DNA from: Macrostomum lignano
Lineage: Eukaryota
Length of the DNA: 64,000 bases
NCBI GenBank assembly: GCA_002269645.1
Contig: NIVC01001075.1
Span: 186,001 to 250,000 of the forward strand
Direction of reading: 5' to 3'
The notes under the pieces were generated by a model that saw only the letters and a program-made list of their open reading frames with translations, was not told the origin of the DNA and searched no databases. How positions within the stretch are numbered: position 1 is the first letter of the stretch; every line of letters begins with the position of its first letter. Made by a program: the position numbers and the translations under genes. Shown in pieces: positions 28,224 through 40,399 of this stretch.

Positions 28224-29212
28224 CTGCACAGAGACGAGGCAGCAGCACAGCATGAGCTGCGACCTGGGACTCGTGTAGGACGGTTTCTTCATGAGCGACT
28301 TGACGGCCCGATTGAAGATCCGGCTCAGTCTGTTTGTCTTGGTGAAGATGGCCGAGTAGATAACGCTCAGACTGAGCCCGTTGAACACGCGGAAGAAGCC
28401 GCAGGTCACCGGTGTAGGCGGCGCCAGCATCACAAAAGTGGTGCAGAAGGCCATCATGGCGCCGCCTAGCATGACGTAGCAGAGCTCGCGTCCCGACGCG
28501 CGAATCAACGGCGTCTGATTGTAGCGGACAAAGACTGCGAGAATAAAGACAGTGCAGGCCAAGCCGGCCATGCTGAGCGTCATCGGTAGGATGCCCCACA
28601 CGCTGTCCAGTCGAAGAGTTTCAACCGGCAGAGAATTGCACGCATTGTAGAAACGGTTTGGCACGCTGCCAAGAGGACAGTCAGCGCAGAGGCTATCGTT
28701 GAGAACGATTTGGTACTTGCTGTCGCAGGGCACGCATTCCCAACAGCAGGTGGCCGTCTCTTTGTTCGGTTTCACGGTTCGATTACCTCGCCCGCACGGC
28801 TCCGAGCAGACAGACACGGGTGGCGATGATGAAGCTCCTTCGCCCCAGGCGAGGCGGTCACTGTCCAAGCTGAGCGACCCGCCCCAGCTGCCAATCTTCC
28901 GGTAGCGAAATCCGCCCTTACCTCTCCTGTGCTGGTACTGGAACACTTCGTACAAGGACTCGCGATCGCCCAGCTGATTGAAGCGTACTGTGTCACCTGA
29001 AGTGCCCGTGAAATTGACTCGGCTGATGAAATCTCGCAGCAGAGTGCCGTTCAGTGTCGCGTTCATTGGGGCGCAACCCTTGGGGTACTCGTCCGGGCAC
29101 AGAGCCTCGTGCATGCGGTCGATGGCGTGAGCCATGGCTAGCACAGCATCGACTACCATTGGAACCAAGCCTTCCTGCTCGTAGCGGCTGTGAGTGCCAA
29201 TGACTTCCTTGC
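28224..29212 (-). CDS. GRM: mGluR exon 5 (Venus flytrap C-terminal part, cysteine-rich domain, TM1-TM4)
   Basis: 989 nt, cgcag|GC...CAG|gtgaag; contains YEQEGLVPMVVDAV, VCSEPC...CCWECVPC, ASGRELCY, TKTNRLSRIF. Confidence 0.97.
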
Positions 29213-29286
29213 CTGCGAATGCGTGGTTCACAGAGAGGCCGCTTGGACTTGTTTTAGATGGGTCTACAGCAAATCTACAGTCCATA

Positions 29287-29400
29287 ACCCTAACCTCGAA
29301 GCCCTAACCCTTAACTCGAACCCCTAACCCTAAACTCGAACCCCTAACCCTAAACTCGAACCCCTAACCCTAACCTCGAACCCCTAACCCTAACCTCCAA
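29287..29400. repeat. ~20-bp repeat containing telomere-type CCCTAA (CCCCTAACCCTAAACTCGAA)n
   Basis: About 5-6 units inside mGluR intron 4. Confidence 0.85.
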
Positions 29401-31182
29401 TCGTCAGCAGTCAATTGCTGGCGATTTAATAACGGCATCCCGTTTTGGAAATACTCTAAGACTATTTGAAACCAAGTAGGCTTATAGATCTTTGACGAGG
29501 CTTATAAGAGATGGCCTCTAGCTTCAAGGTACCCAGCTATATTAATAATTCAATCTGTTGAAAATTAGGTCCGCTATAAATATACCTAGTAGATATGCAA
29601 GGTTCAAGGTAAAGTACATCCTATTCATCGCTAAACCTAGCGCACTCCCTTCCTGAGTACTTGGTTGCCTATCTGTCACTTTCCCTTTCCTGATGTCTTT
29701 GTGAGAGGCGCTCAAACGGCAAGAACGCTCTGGCGACATGGTCATTCAGGTTTGACGCAAATATTCTCAATGGTAAACTAAGTAAGCCCCCCTCATTGAA
29801 TCATTATTAACTCGCGCATCAAAGCTTTGAGACTCAGCCAAATCGCTCTTTGTGAGCGAACTGAAGCACACGATCTCTCAGGCTCTTTCTGTACTCCCCG
29901 TGTTTCTTGCTTAATGGGCTTTCATAGTAAACCCTTTCAGTTCAAAGCTCGCAGAGTGTACAAGGAACCAAATCTCTGTGCAGTCCTCTGTACGCACTGA
30001 GATGCAGGTATTGAATTCACTTCTTCTCCGATGATAATTTTATCATGTCACTTCCCGTTGAGGCTAATATTAATGAATTCCAATCCTCCTGAGCGCTGAT
30101 AATAGTACGGAGTTCAACTATTCTTCATGACGAATGAAGTTTATTTTTTATCCAAGCCAACCAAGCTTTGAATCCCCCCCAGCTGGGGAGGGGCCTGGCG
30201 CATTAAAAATTCTCAAACCGGAAATGGAACTGCCTTCCCAATGAAGCGAAGAGACCACGGGTACGCTAAAGGGATTGAGTGCTTTTTTATTATAAAAATG
30301 CAAATTAACGTCGCACAGGCTCAACAACTAAAACTCCCAGCCTCTCGCTCAAATGGCGGCGCTGGAAATCAACTTCAAAACACACACACACGCAATCTTT
30401 TCATCGGGGTTGAGGCAACATTGTTGAGTCTGTCAGCCGCGTGATACTCTAGTTGCCATGGTTACTTAGTTTGACGAGTTGTAAAAAAAACGATTTTTCC
30501 TCTCGCTCTGTCTGTCTCCTCTGATCAACCTTGGTCGTGTAAATAAGTAATACAATTTAGTGCTGTCTCGGCTCATAAATTATTCAGTGACCGGTGGTGC
30601 TGTTTGAGCCCTGGCAGGTTACTGATGCGCCTTATCGCTGTTCCAATGCGGTCTGTTTAGGTTTTGACTGCATCAGGCGCCTGATCCGCGTGCGCGGCCC
30701 CATTCATTTGGGACAAGCCAGCCCCAGGGCACAGAGGACAGTGTACATGCCTGACATCCAGTGTGAGCGTGTGTATGAGTGGCTGTGCCTGTGTACAGCA
30801 TTGGTGCGCTTGTGTGTGCCTAGGACCCAGCGAATGGGCAGAATTGCATCAGCGCTGATTGTGTGACAATGTCGAAGTCTCCCGCAATTATCATTACTTA
30901 ATCCCAAACAGTACACGAAAAGCACTATTAGAGGGTACAGAGTTGGATAGTACATGCATCACCAGCGATGTAAGTTAAGCATAGTTGGCTGTGGTTAGCA
31001 ATTAGGTGAATAGGATGTTTGCGTCACTGAGCGAGTGGTAGATGAAGCTGATCTCCGAGTCTACGCTGCTGCTCCCCACACAGATTCAGAGCTTTACAAG
31101 CCTAAAGGCCTCAATTGTACCATAAATCATTCTCCTTTTTCATGACTTATTTTCGCGGGCCAGACAGCCTCGTGCAACTCAC

Positions 31183-31308
31183 CTGAGCACCGGGGCCCGG
31201 GCTTGCTGGCTGACAGGCTGCACTTGAAGTGACTTTCCCAAAATTCTTCCCACCATGGATTTAGCGCCCGATGATCCAGGCTCAAACTTTTGAAGTAGTC
31301 GTCAAATC
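31183..31308 (-). CDS. GRM: mGluR exon 4
   Basis: 126 nt, phase 1/1; GFDDYFKSLSLDHRALNPWWEEFWESHFKC matches the mGluR NPWFxEFW motif. Confidence 0.96.
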
Positions 31309-31895
31309 CTGTCAAAATGAACGTCGAAGATAAATGAATTTAATACCTGGTACTAGACCTAAGGCATTAAAAAATCTGCTTTATAATAATTTCTTTCAGT
31401 TCGGAAGAACCTGCATAGGGAAATGGAGAGAGTAAGGACTAAAAGTCATCCCAGTTGATGATGACAATATGCATCTGTACTGATCGGATTGGTAAAAGCT
31501 TGATCAATGTTTTCAGCTAAGCTTAGCTTTTTGCTAATGCGATTTCTGTTTACACACTGAGCCATCGAATTTCCACAGGGGGGCAGCTCTCGCGCCTAAA
31601 GCTCCCGTCTGCAGGTTCGCAAAGTAAAACTTTCTAAAAGCTTACTTTTAAATGGAATTCGATTTTATGCATCTTTCCCTTCATCCATGCTCTGCTTAAC
31701 TATAGATCCTGCATGTATGTTCTACAATAGCATTCACGCCTCCTTTCCGTGTACTCTTTTGTAGCTAATTACTGTAATACTGTATACAGGATCAGCCAGT
31801 CCACAATAGACCCTTAATGCCCCCTCTTGCACTGCCAGTTGCTATGTGTACATGGTAGCATTACAAAATGACGCGGCGGGGGAGGGGTTAATCAC

Positions 31896-32192
31896 CGACA
31901 ACTGGACGCCTCTCTGGCAGCAGACTGATGGCTCCCTCGGCGATGTCTTCAACCCCAGCCAGGTGGTCCGTTTTGCGTCCCCAGCCGTCGCTGGCCACCC
32001 AGAATAGGCGCCGAGCCTCTCGCTGGTTCTCGCTCCGGCCGAGTAGCCAGAACAGCGTGCGCAGCGACTCGGCCTGGCAGAATGCAACGACAACTCGCGA
32101 CTTCTCCATGTTCAATAGGCTGGCGGCGATGTCTTCCAGGCTGCCGTTGCGATGGTTGCGCGGAATCAGATGCGTGCGACTGATGCAGATGC
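31896..32192 (-). CDS. GRM: mGluR exon 3
   Basis: 297 nt, phase 1/1; GICISRTHLIP...VVVAFCQAES...FWVASDGWG...AEGAISL. Confidence 0.95.
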
Positions 32193-32279
32193 CTGCGGGG
32201 AATTATGCGACGGGTGATGATGGCTCAATTGGTTCGATAAATCAGAGCCTTTTTAAACCCTTCCAACGCTTACCTGGCA

Positions 32280-32636
32280 AACCCTCCAACTCCTACCCCG
32301 TCCGAACCCCCTACCCCCAACTCCTACCCCGTCCGAACCCCTACCCCCCAACTCCTACTCCGTACAAACCCATACCCCTCCAACTCCTACCCCGTACAAA
32401 CCCCTACCCTCCAACTCCTACCCCGTACAAACCCCTACCCTCCAACTCCTACCCCGTACAAACCCCTACCCCTCCAACTCCTACCCCGTACAAACCCCTA
32501 CCCCTCCAACTCCTACCCCGTACAAACCCCTACCCTCCAACTCCTACCCCGTACAAACCCCTACCCCTCCAACTCCTACCCCGTACAAACCCCTACCCCT
32601 CCAACTCCTACCCCGTACAAACCCCTTACCCCTCCA
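32280..32636. repeat. 31-32 bp minisatellite (CCCTCCAACTCCTACCCCGTACAAACCCCTA)n
   Basis: Tandem array inside mGluR intron 2. Confidence 0.96.
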
Positions 32637-32690
32637 GAGATCTCCGATAGTCCAACTGTAGGATTGTATCCACCAATCTTCCCAACTCAC

Positions 32691-32907
32691 CCAACTCGTT
32701 GGCGTGGCTTTTAAACTCCTGGAAGCCTCGCTCGCCGTAGGTGCCCTCGTCGTACAGAGCGGCCACGTAGTTCCAGCCCATCTGCTTCACAATATCCGCC
32801 ATGGCCTTCGCCTGGCGCGTGTCCGACGGTACAACTCGGAAAAAGAAATCAAAACGACTGTTGTCGCTGAGTTCCGGACTGGTTGACGCGTAGCTGATCT
32901 GCGGGAT
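32691..32907 (-). CDS. GRM: mGluR exon 2
   Basis: 217 nt; IPQISYASTSPELSDNSRFDFFFRVVPSD...GWNYV...EGTYGE. Confidence 0.97.
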
Positions 32908-33790
32908 CTGCGGGAGGGGATAAACTCTGTGCACTGCAACGCTTGCGATAATCGAGAGTTATAGTCAATAACCGATAAAGTGCTCTCAAAAGAAGCTGCA
33001 GGATTAGCGCAAAGCCAGGCCTGCTCAGCTTATCGAAGAAATTCAGAAGTTCGCCAGGTTCGAAGTGCACCTACTTGGCGCACCTGAGCCTTAGCTGATT
33101 ATTTTGAAAGGGGAAAAACTGGGAGAGGAAAGCGTTCCAGAGCGTTCGATAATCCCAAAATTGGGATGGGATCTTCTTCGCGTCCAAGCAGTTCTGATGG
33201 AGGGTTAAATATTGATTTGCTCGAATCGAAGGTTCGACTCCTGAACTCCAGGTTCGCAGGCATGACTACAGAGAGTGAGTAGCACTTTGGGGCTCCTTTC
33301 TCCTCTCCCATTATTCTACTAAAATGAAAATCGTTTTTTAATTTTGATTTTTGCATCAAGTGCCATTAAAATTCATTTTTTGCTGAACAATCGACTCTAA
33401 AAGGCAATTTTCATTAACTTGTTACTTATTGCTTTGTTTACAATGCTTTTTCTGTCTGGGATACGCAATGCACTGTTAGGTCATCTGATATTTACTGACT
33501 AATTGTTTTCAACGAACTGATTATTTTAATGAGTGACGCAAAAAAACCGAATCAAAGCCAAGGGGAAGTCAAAAACATGGCAACGGAAATCTTCAAAGCC
33601 AATTTTTCAGGCTTCTGGTTCGCTGATCAAAAACTGAGGTATGAGATTGCGAAATCCTGTTGAAAGCAGTGCGGACAGCAGCAACTCCCCACTGCTCTCC
33701 TTTGGCAAAGCTTTTCTGCTTGTTCGCCTGAAGGCTTGACGACAGGAAAAATGAGAGATCCGAAAGAATGGGGAGACATGAAGAGAGACT

Positions 33791-34287
<497 letters not shown>

Positions 34288-34317
34288 TCTACCCGAAATC
34301 AGTAACCCAAGCCGCAC

Positions 34318-34851
34318 CTTGAACAGCCGCAGAATGTTGGCAATCATGATGCTCACTGAAGAATCCGCCGCCCCGATCACCCCCGCCACTGGTTGCCGGA
34401 TTTTCCCTCGGCCGCCGCCGCCACCGCCGCCGCCTTGACAACGAAGCTCGCCGCTGCCCATGCTCAAACCGTCAAGGCTGCTCAGCCTGTCGGCCACGAA
34501 GTCCATGCTCTGCTCAAGCGCGTGGGTGTCCCTGGCGCAGGTGTCGAACAGCCTGGCACCCAGCCGGAGCCGCGGCATCGGGCCTCGGCCGGAGTTGGCC
34601 AGCCGGAGCGCGTATACCATCGCTTCGAGTCGTTGAACTCCCCGATTCTCGCTAATCTGCCCGCAGCCTCTCGGCGAGGCCTTTTCGTGCACCGGGAACA
34701 GGCCGCCCAGTGCAATGTCGCCTGGCAGGGCCAGACTGGCCAACTGGCACGGGACTGGCGCCAGGTGGAGCACCAGTGCGAGCGTCACAGTTCGATGCAG
34801 TTTCGATGCTGGCATGCTGAACAGCTGCAGACTTAAACTCAGTAGCCGCAT
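34318..34851 (-). CDS. GRM: mGluR exon 1 (signal peptide and Venus flytrap start); whole CDS about 981 aa
   Basis: LPGDIALGGLFPVH, GVQRLEAM, LFDTC, GVIGAADSSVSIMIANILRLFK|gtgcgg. The start may be ATG 34851 or 34815. All seven exons join in frame (2946 nt). Confidence 0.95.
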
Positions 34852-35129
34852 AGCCTAGAATTTTATATAAGACAAGCTAAACTTTGTTGACCTTGGCATT
34901 CTATTGGCCCAATGAGGCAGTCGGAATTCTCCATATGATGCCCAGCAGGAGCTGGCAATATTGGTTCAATACACTGGAGAGTATCTGATTCGCTTGTGCA
35001 GTTGTAAGGAGGAGGGATTAACTCCTGCGGCAGATTTTCAAAAAGAAGTTCAAAATACTACTATCTATAGTAGCATTCTTAGAAATCTGTCCTTGAAAAA
35101 TACAGAAAGTTGGCAAAAATAGTGGATAC

Positions 35130-36030
35130 ACAAGAGAGAAAGGGGGAGGGGAAGGGAGAGATGAAAAGGAAGAGAAGAAGGGGAGAGAGGAAGGGAGAGA
35201 TAAAAAGGAAGAAAAGAAGGGGGAGAGGAAGGGAGAGAGGAAGGGAGATAAGAAGGGGAGAGAGGAAGGGAGAGAGGAAGGGAAATAAGAAGGGAGAGAG
35301 GAAGGGAAATAAGAAGGGAGAGAGGAAGGGAGAGACGAAGGGAGAGAGGTAGGGAGAGAGGAAGGGAGAGAGGAAGGGAGAGAGGAAGGGAGATAAGAAG
35401 GGGAGAGAGGAAGGGAGAGAGGAAGGGAGAGAGGAAGGGAGATAAGAAGGGAAGAGAGGAAGGGAGAGAGGAAGGGAGAGAAGAAGGGGAGAGAGGAAGG
35501 GAGAGAGGAAGGGAGATAAGAAGGGGAGAGAGGAAGGGAGAGAGGAAGGGAGAGAGGAAGGGAGAGAGAGAAGGGGTGAGAGAAGGGGGAGAGGAAGGAA
35601 GAGAGAAGAATGGGAGAGAGAAGGGGTGAGAGAAGGGGTGAGAGGAAGGGAGAGAGAAGGGGAGAGAGGAAGGGAGAGAGAAGGGAGAGAGGAAGGGAGA
35701 GAGGAAGGGAGAGAGGAAGGGAGAGAGAGAAGGGGTGAGAGAAGGGGGAGAGGAAGGAAGAGAGAAGAATGAGAGAGAGAAGGGGTGAGAGAAGGGGTGA
35801 GAGGAAGGGAGAGAGAAGGGGAGAGAGGAAGGGAGAGAGAAGGGGAGAGAGGAAGGGAGAGAGGAAGGGAGAGAGGAAGGGAGAGAGAGAAGGGGTGAGA
35901 GAAGGGGGAGAGGAAGGAAGAGAGAAGAATGGGAGAGAGAAGGGGTGAGAGAAGGGGTGAGAGGAAGGGAGAGAGAAGGGGAGAGAGGAAGGGAGAGAAA
36001 AGGGGAAAAGAAGGAGGACAAAGGGGAGAG
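35130..36030. repeat. purine-rich (GAGAGGAAGGGA)n array
   Basis: Direct array. Confidence 0.96.
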
Positions 36031-36389
36031 AGAATTAATAGAGAAGGTGAGATGGGTTTGTCAATAAATGTATTTGCTTTATTGAATAGTAGGAAAGTAG
36101 AAAAACTTTAGCATTTTTTTCATCCAGGCATCATATCCACCGCTTCTATCAAACTGCAGAATCAGCTGTTTAACCTAAATTAGAAAATCTTAAACAGATT
36201 TAAAACAAGATTGATGATTTTGCGAAGTTTCTTCACGAATATTTCGCCTGTTGTAATTTGAATAAACTTTCCCTGGCTTAGCTCGGCTGTGGTAGAACCA
36301 CACAGCAGCGGTTTGGGTATCTTAGATGCAGCACCACAGCACCAGTCGCTTTCGCACATTCATAAGTGTTATGTTAATATGCAAATGCT

Positions 36390-36662
36390 TAACCCTGTCA
36401 CCCTGTCACCCCGTCACTGTCACCCTGTCACTCTGTCACTCTGTCACTCTGTCACCCTGTCACTCTGTCACTCTGTCACCCTGTCCCTCTGTCACCCTGT
36501 CACTCTATCACCCTGTCACCCTGTCACCCTGTCACCCTGTCACTCTGTCACTCTGTCCCTCTGTCCCCCTGTCACCCTGTCACCCTGTCACTCTATCACC
36601 CTGTCACTCTGTCCCTCTGTCACCCTGTCCCTCTGTCACACTGTCACTCTGTCACCCTGTCA
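36390..36662. repeat. 8-bp (GTCACCCT/GTCACTCT)n
   Basis: Direct array. Confidence 0.96.
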
Positions 36663-36894
36663 TTATTTCTCCATGTATGTTTTGCATATGATGAGAAAGA
36701 TATTTATTTAATGCTCGTATTTACAAAAAAATCATAGCCAAACAAGGATAGCGCTTGACGCAGGTGTCTAACAGAATTTAACAGCAAACTTGTGTTCCAT
36801 TTCGTATTTATTCGACACCTGTGCTCAGCAGTTTTCAGCTGATGGCAATTTTTTATAAACCATGGATAATTTCAAGAAATAGGAATCGTGTTTA

Positions 36895-37452
36895 TAAGAG
36901 ATTGATAGAGAGTTTAAGAGATTGATAGAGTGTTTGAGAGATTGATAGAGAGTTTGAGAGATTGATAGAGTGTTTGAGAGATTGATAGAGAGTTTGAGAG
37001 ATTGATAGAGAGTTTGAGAGATTGATAGAGAGTTTGAGAGATTGATAGAGAGTTTGAGAGATTGATAGAGAGTTTGAGAGATTGATAGAGAGTTTGAGAG
37101 ATTGATAGAGAGTTTGAGAGATTGATAGAGAGTTTGAGAGATTGATAGAGAGTTCGAGAGATTGATAGAGAGTTTGAGAGATTGATAGAGAGTTCGAGAG
37201 ATTTAAAGAGAGTTTGAGAGATTGATAGAGAGTTTGAGAGATTGATAGAGAGTTTGAGAGATTGATAGAGAGTTCGAGAGATTGATAGAGAGTTCGAGAG
37301 ATTGATAGAGAGTTTGAGAGATTGATAGAGAGTTCGAGAGATTGATAGAGAGTTTGAGAGATTGATAGAGAGTTCGAGAGATTTAAAGAGAGTGTGAGAT
37401 ATTGATAGAGAGTTTGAGAGATTGATAGAGTTTGAGAGATTGATAGAGCGTT
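36895..37452 (+). repeat. 20-bp satellite (GAGATTGATAGAGAGTTTGA)n, left flank of the Maverick
   Basis: About 28 units, ending in the variant ...GATAGAGCGTT that abuts the element. Confidence 0.97.
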
Positions 37453-37909
37453 ATACCATACAAAATCACCAGCAATCCATGGCCAGCAACCAAACTAATT
37501 TTAATGTTGTTAAGGTAAAATTATAAATTTTTCGCTTCATTTTCGCTCGTCTTCACTTCGCTCAACTCGCTCCGCTCATCCTCGTTTCATTTCGGTAAAA
37601 ATGTATAATTTTACCTTAACAACATCAAAATTACCTTTTGTTTCTGAAATTTCGCTCTCGTCGTTCGCTTGTGGTTTGCTGGTGATTTTGTATGCTTCCA
37701 ATACTTCCAACACTTCCAACACTTCTAACACTTCCAAACAATTCCAACACTTCCAACACTTCAAACACTTCTAATACTTCCAACACAACCAACACCAACT
37801 AACTGATAATAAACCTCACCCGCCCGTGCCGCAGGCACGCGGACGAAGTCCGACCGCCCCGAAGGGGCTTGGGGCACAGAAAAGCATGATTTTTCTGTTA
37901 GTAAAAATA
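37453..37909 (+). repeat. Maverick terminal repeat copy 1 (~457 bp)
   Basis: Aligns by eye with 49291-49794 along its whole length; lacks the first 9 nt (AGTAGTATT). Confidence 0.9.
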
Positions 37910-37986
37910 AACCGAGTTTACAACTTTTCAGTAAGTGATACTTCGAAACTGTTGCTAAAAATGCTGAGATAATAAAACAGCATATA

Positions 37987-38394
37987 TTGAATGGAATAAT
38001 CGATGAGGTTTTTTTAAAATACAACAACGGCGAGGAACTAAAACTTTATCCACTAGAGTTAGACGGTTTATATGATTTAGAACAGGAGGGAGAGCTAATT
38101 TTTCAACTTGGTGATTATTTAAATTCAGACGATTGGGAGGTTCGTTCAACGGATTCTGAGTCAACAAATAGTTCGTTTGAAACTAGTGAATGAAGTGAAT
38201 AGAGAATGAAAGTGAAATTTTTATGTAAAAAAATGGAATTAGGCAGCAGACCCCACTTTTCAATAACTGAATCAACTCAAACAATATTTAATGCACTCGA
38301 TTCAATAAAAAAACTTATAAAGGATGAAATACTCGATGAAGTATATATATACAACCAAATAAAAAGATATATCCACTTGAAATTGGAGAATTAG
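37987..38394 (+). CDS. two small hypothetical viral ORFs (68 aa acidic; 62 aa, probably frameshift-truncated)
   Basis: ORFs 37987-38193 and 38206-38394 inside the element; no recognisable motif. Confidence 0.4.
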
Positions 38395-38678
38395 ATTATA
38401 TTTGGGATAAGGGGGAAGAAAGTCTTCTTCTAGCACAATGTTTAAACTGTTAAAAATTATAACTAAAAATCACCCCGATGAATTACTATTCAGTGACAAA
38501 AACAAATTTATTGCGAAAAATATAAGTAAAAAATGAACTTAAATTATTCCTACATTGGCAAAGTGCCAATTAAAGATTTTCAAGATAATGTTAGTTTGAT
38601 AGCAGTTGAACAAGTTACAATAATATTTTTAGTTCTAGTATTAATAATAATATTGTTTTTATTTGTTATAATTTTTTA

Positions 38679-38930
38679 TTACCTTGTTGCCTTAAGTAAT
38701 TGATTCTTATAAAACGATCCTAATATTTCTTCAAGTAAAACATCTAATATGGTTAAAATATACTTATACCCTCCGTCGTTCGGCATAGCCATTAAATCAG
38801 CATACCAAATTTCATTCTTTTTAAAGTCCATGATTTTTCGATAAAATTTAGATTTTCGGTATTCTCTATGAAGATTTTTGCCTCATCAGAACTTAACCCA
38901 CCACCACTTAATACTCGTAACAAACATTCA
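38679..38930 (-). pseudogene. int: Maverick retroviral-like (rve) integrase, internally deleted
   Basis: Reads LHREYRKSKFYRKIMDFKKNEIWYADLMAMPNDGGYKYILTILDV, then directly LLEEILGSFYKNQLLK*. These match the N-core (WQADL..M...GYKYILTVIDV) and C-terminal (GE.I.GSFY..EL) motifs of Maverick integrases. Confidence 0.8.
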
Positions 38931-38959
38931 ACACAATTATTTCCATGTTGATTGTAATT

Positions 38960-40314
38960 AATTCCTAAACCAAATTTAACTTTAGATTGCAGAATCTTAT
39001 TAACGATGCACCGAGTTAATCTTTGGCCAACCGGGTTACATGGGTTATATACCAGAAACGATGGAACCGCTCTTACAGCTCCCGATATCGCCGATCGTTC
39101 AGGTATTGTTATAGAAAATGATTGGTTTTATAAATGTTTTTCCCAAGCGCAACTAAGAATTGATGGAGCCGAGGTTGAGACATCTAGCAATCCCGAGGAG
39201 ATTAATGGAGTTTTGAAACATTTAAATTATACCTATTTAACAAAACAGGTTGGTGACAATGTTGGATGGATGCCAGATAAGGGTGATGGTGGAGCAATTA
39301 ATTTCTCTCAAGTACCACCGGCAGCCGGAGCCGATACGGCAGCACTCATTAACTATCTGAATACGAATATAGTTCCAGTTGTAACTACTCTAACCAACCC
39401 TAAAAACATGAACACCGGATTCATAGATCGTCAGAATAAATTCCCAGTAGCAGTTTTAACCGATGCAGCCGCATATGAGCAGGACTTTTAAATCTTCCCA
39501 TTATTAGGTTTCTTCTCACCAAATCGTGTTTGGAAAGGATTAAGATTTGGTGTACAATTGAAAATATTTGGCGGGTATCTGGGCAGAATACTTTTTGGAA
39601 ATTCAACCTCAACCGATTTAGCAGCTAGAATAGTTTCAATTCAATTAGTTTTCCCAACGATTGAGGTAACAGCTCCACTTATCTCTTATAAACGATCAGT
39701 TAATGAAGGATCAGGAAATGTTCTATTTGAATCGTCGGCACTTTATGCGAACTATAAATAAAATCAGGATTCATTCCAGAGGCAAATTCTCACATCAAAA
39801 CGTCGCGTGAGATATATTTTTGCTTGGTTTAAAATCACAAACAGAACTAGCAAAAGAGCTAATGGAGATTTATATTGGATTCAATCTGATGCAGTAGCAG
39901 TTCAAGCCGCCACCGAAACTGACACCGCAGCCTTAGCAACTACCGCATTTAATCTCCAGAATATTCGCTTGCAGGTTGATCCTGTAGGATATTATCCTGT
40001 AAAGATGCCCTTAATCTAAACATGGCTAATAATGACGTTAATGATTTGATAAAATATTATCAGGATTATGCCAAAAACGAGGTGTATGCAGTACCACAAT
40101 ATACTCCCACAGAGTTTCTAAACATTCATCATTTTGGTTTCTAAACATTCATCTAACTGCAAAAAAAGAAAATGTAGCCAATATTGGTTTGAATTATATG
40201 TTAGAGATTAATAAAACCGGAAATCAGGCGGTTGACGCACATGTTTTGTTTCTCGAGGAGTATTTGTCAATTGCTGGCGCCGATGGAACAATTATTCAGG
40301 ACACCCCGCTGTAG
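38960..40314 (+). pseudogene. major capsid protein (double jelly-roll, Maverick/PLV type), frameshifted
   Basis: ORF pieces 39006-39491, 39558-39761, 39807-40019 and a tail to TAG 40314. Motifs: DGT...END.F..CFSQAQLRIDGAEVE, G.N.GW.PD, RVRYIFAWF, NLQNIRLQV...YYP. Capsid call from recalled motif pattern and gene context. Confidence 0.75.
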
Positions 40315-40399
40315 GCGGTGCAGGACATAGTCCGTCGCGCCATTGTAAATGTCGCAGTTCTCCGAACGTCGCACCAATGTAAATTTTTTTTCCTAAAAA

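Noticed and set aside
36285-36345. A-box-like TAGCTCGGCTGTGGTAGA suggesting a tRNA
   Set aside because: No B-box or T-loop and no cloverleaf.
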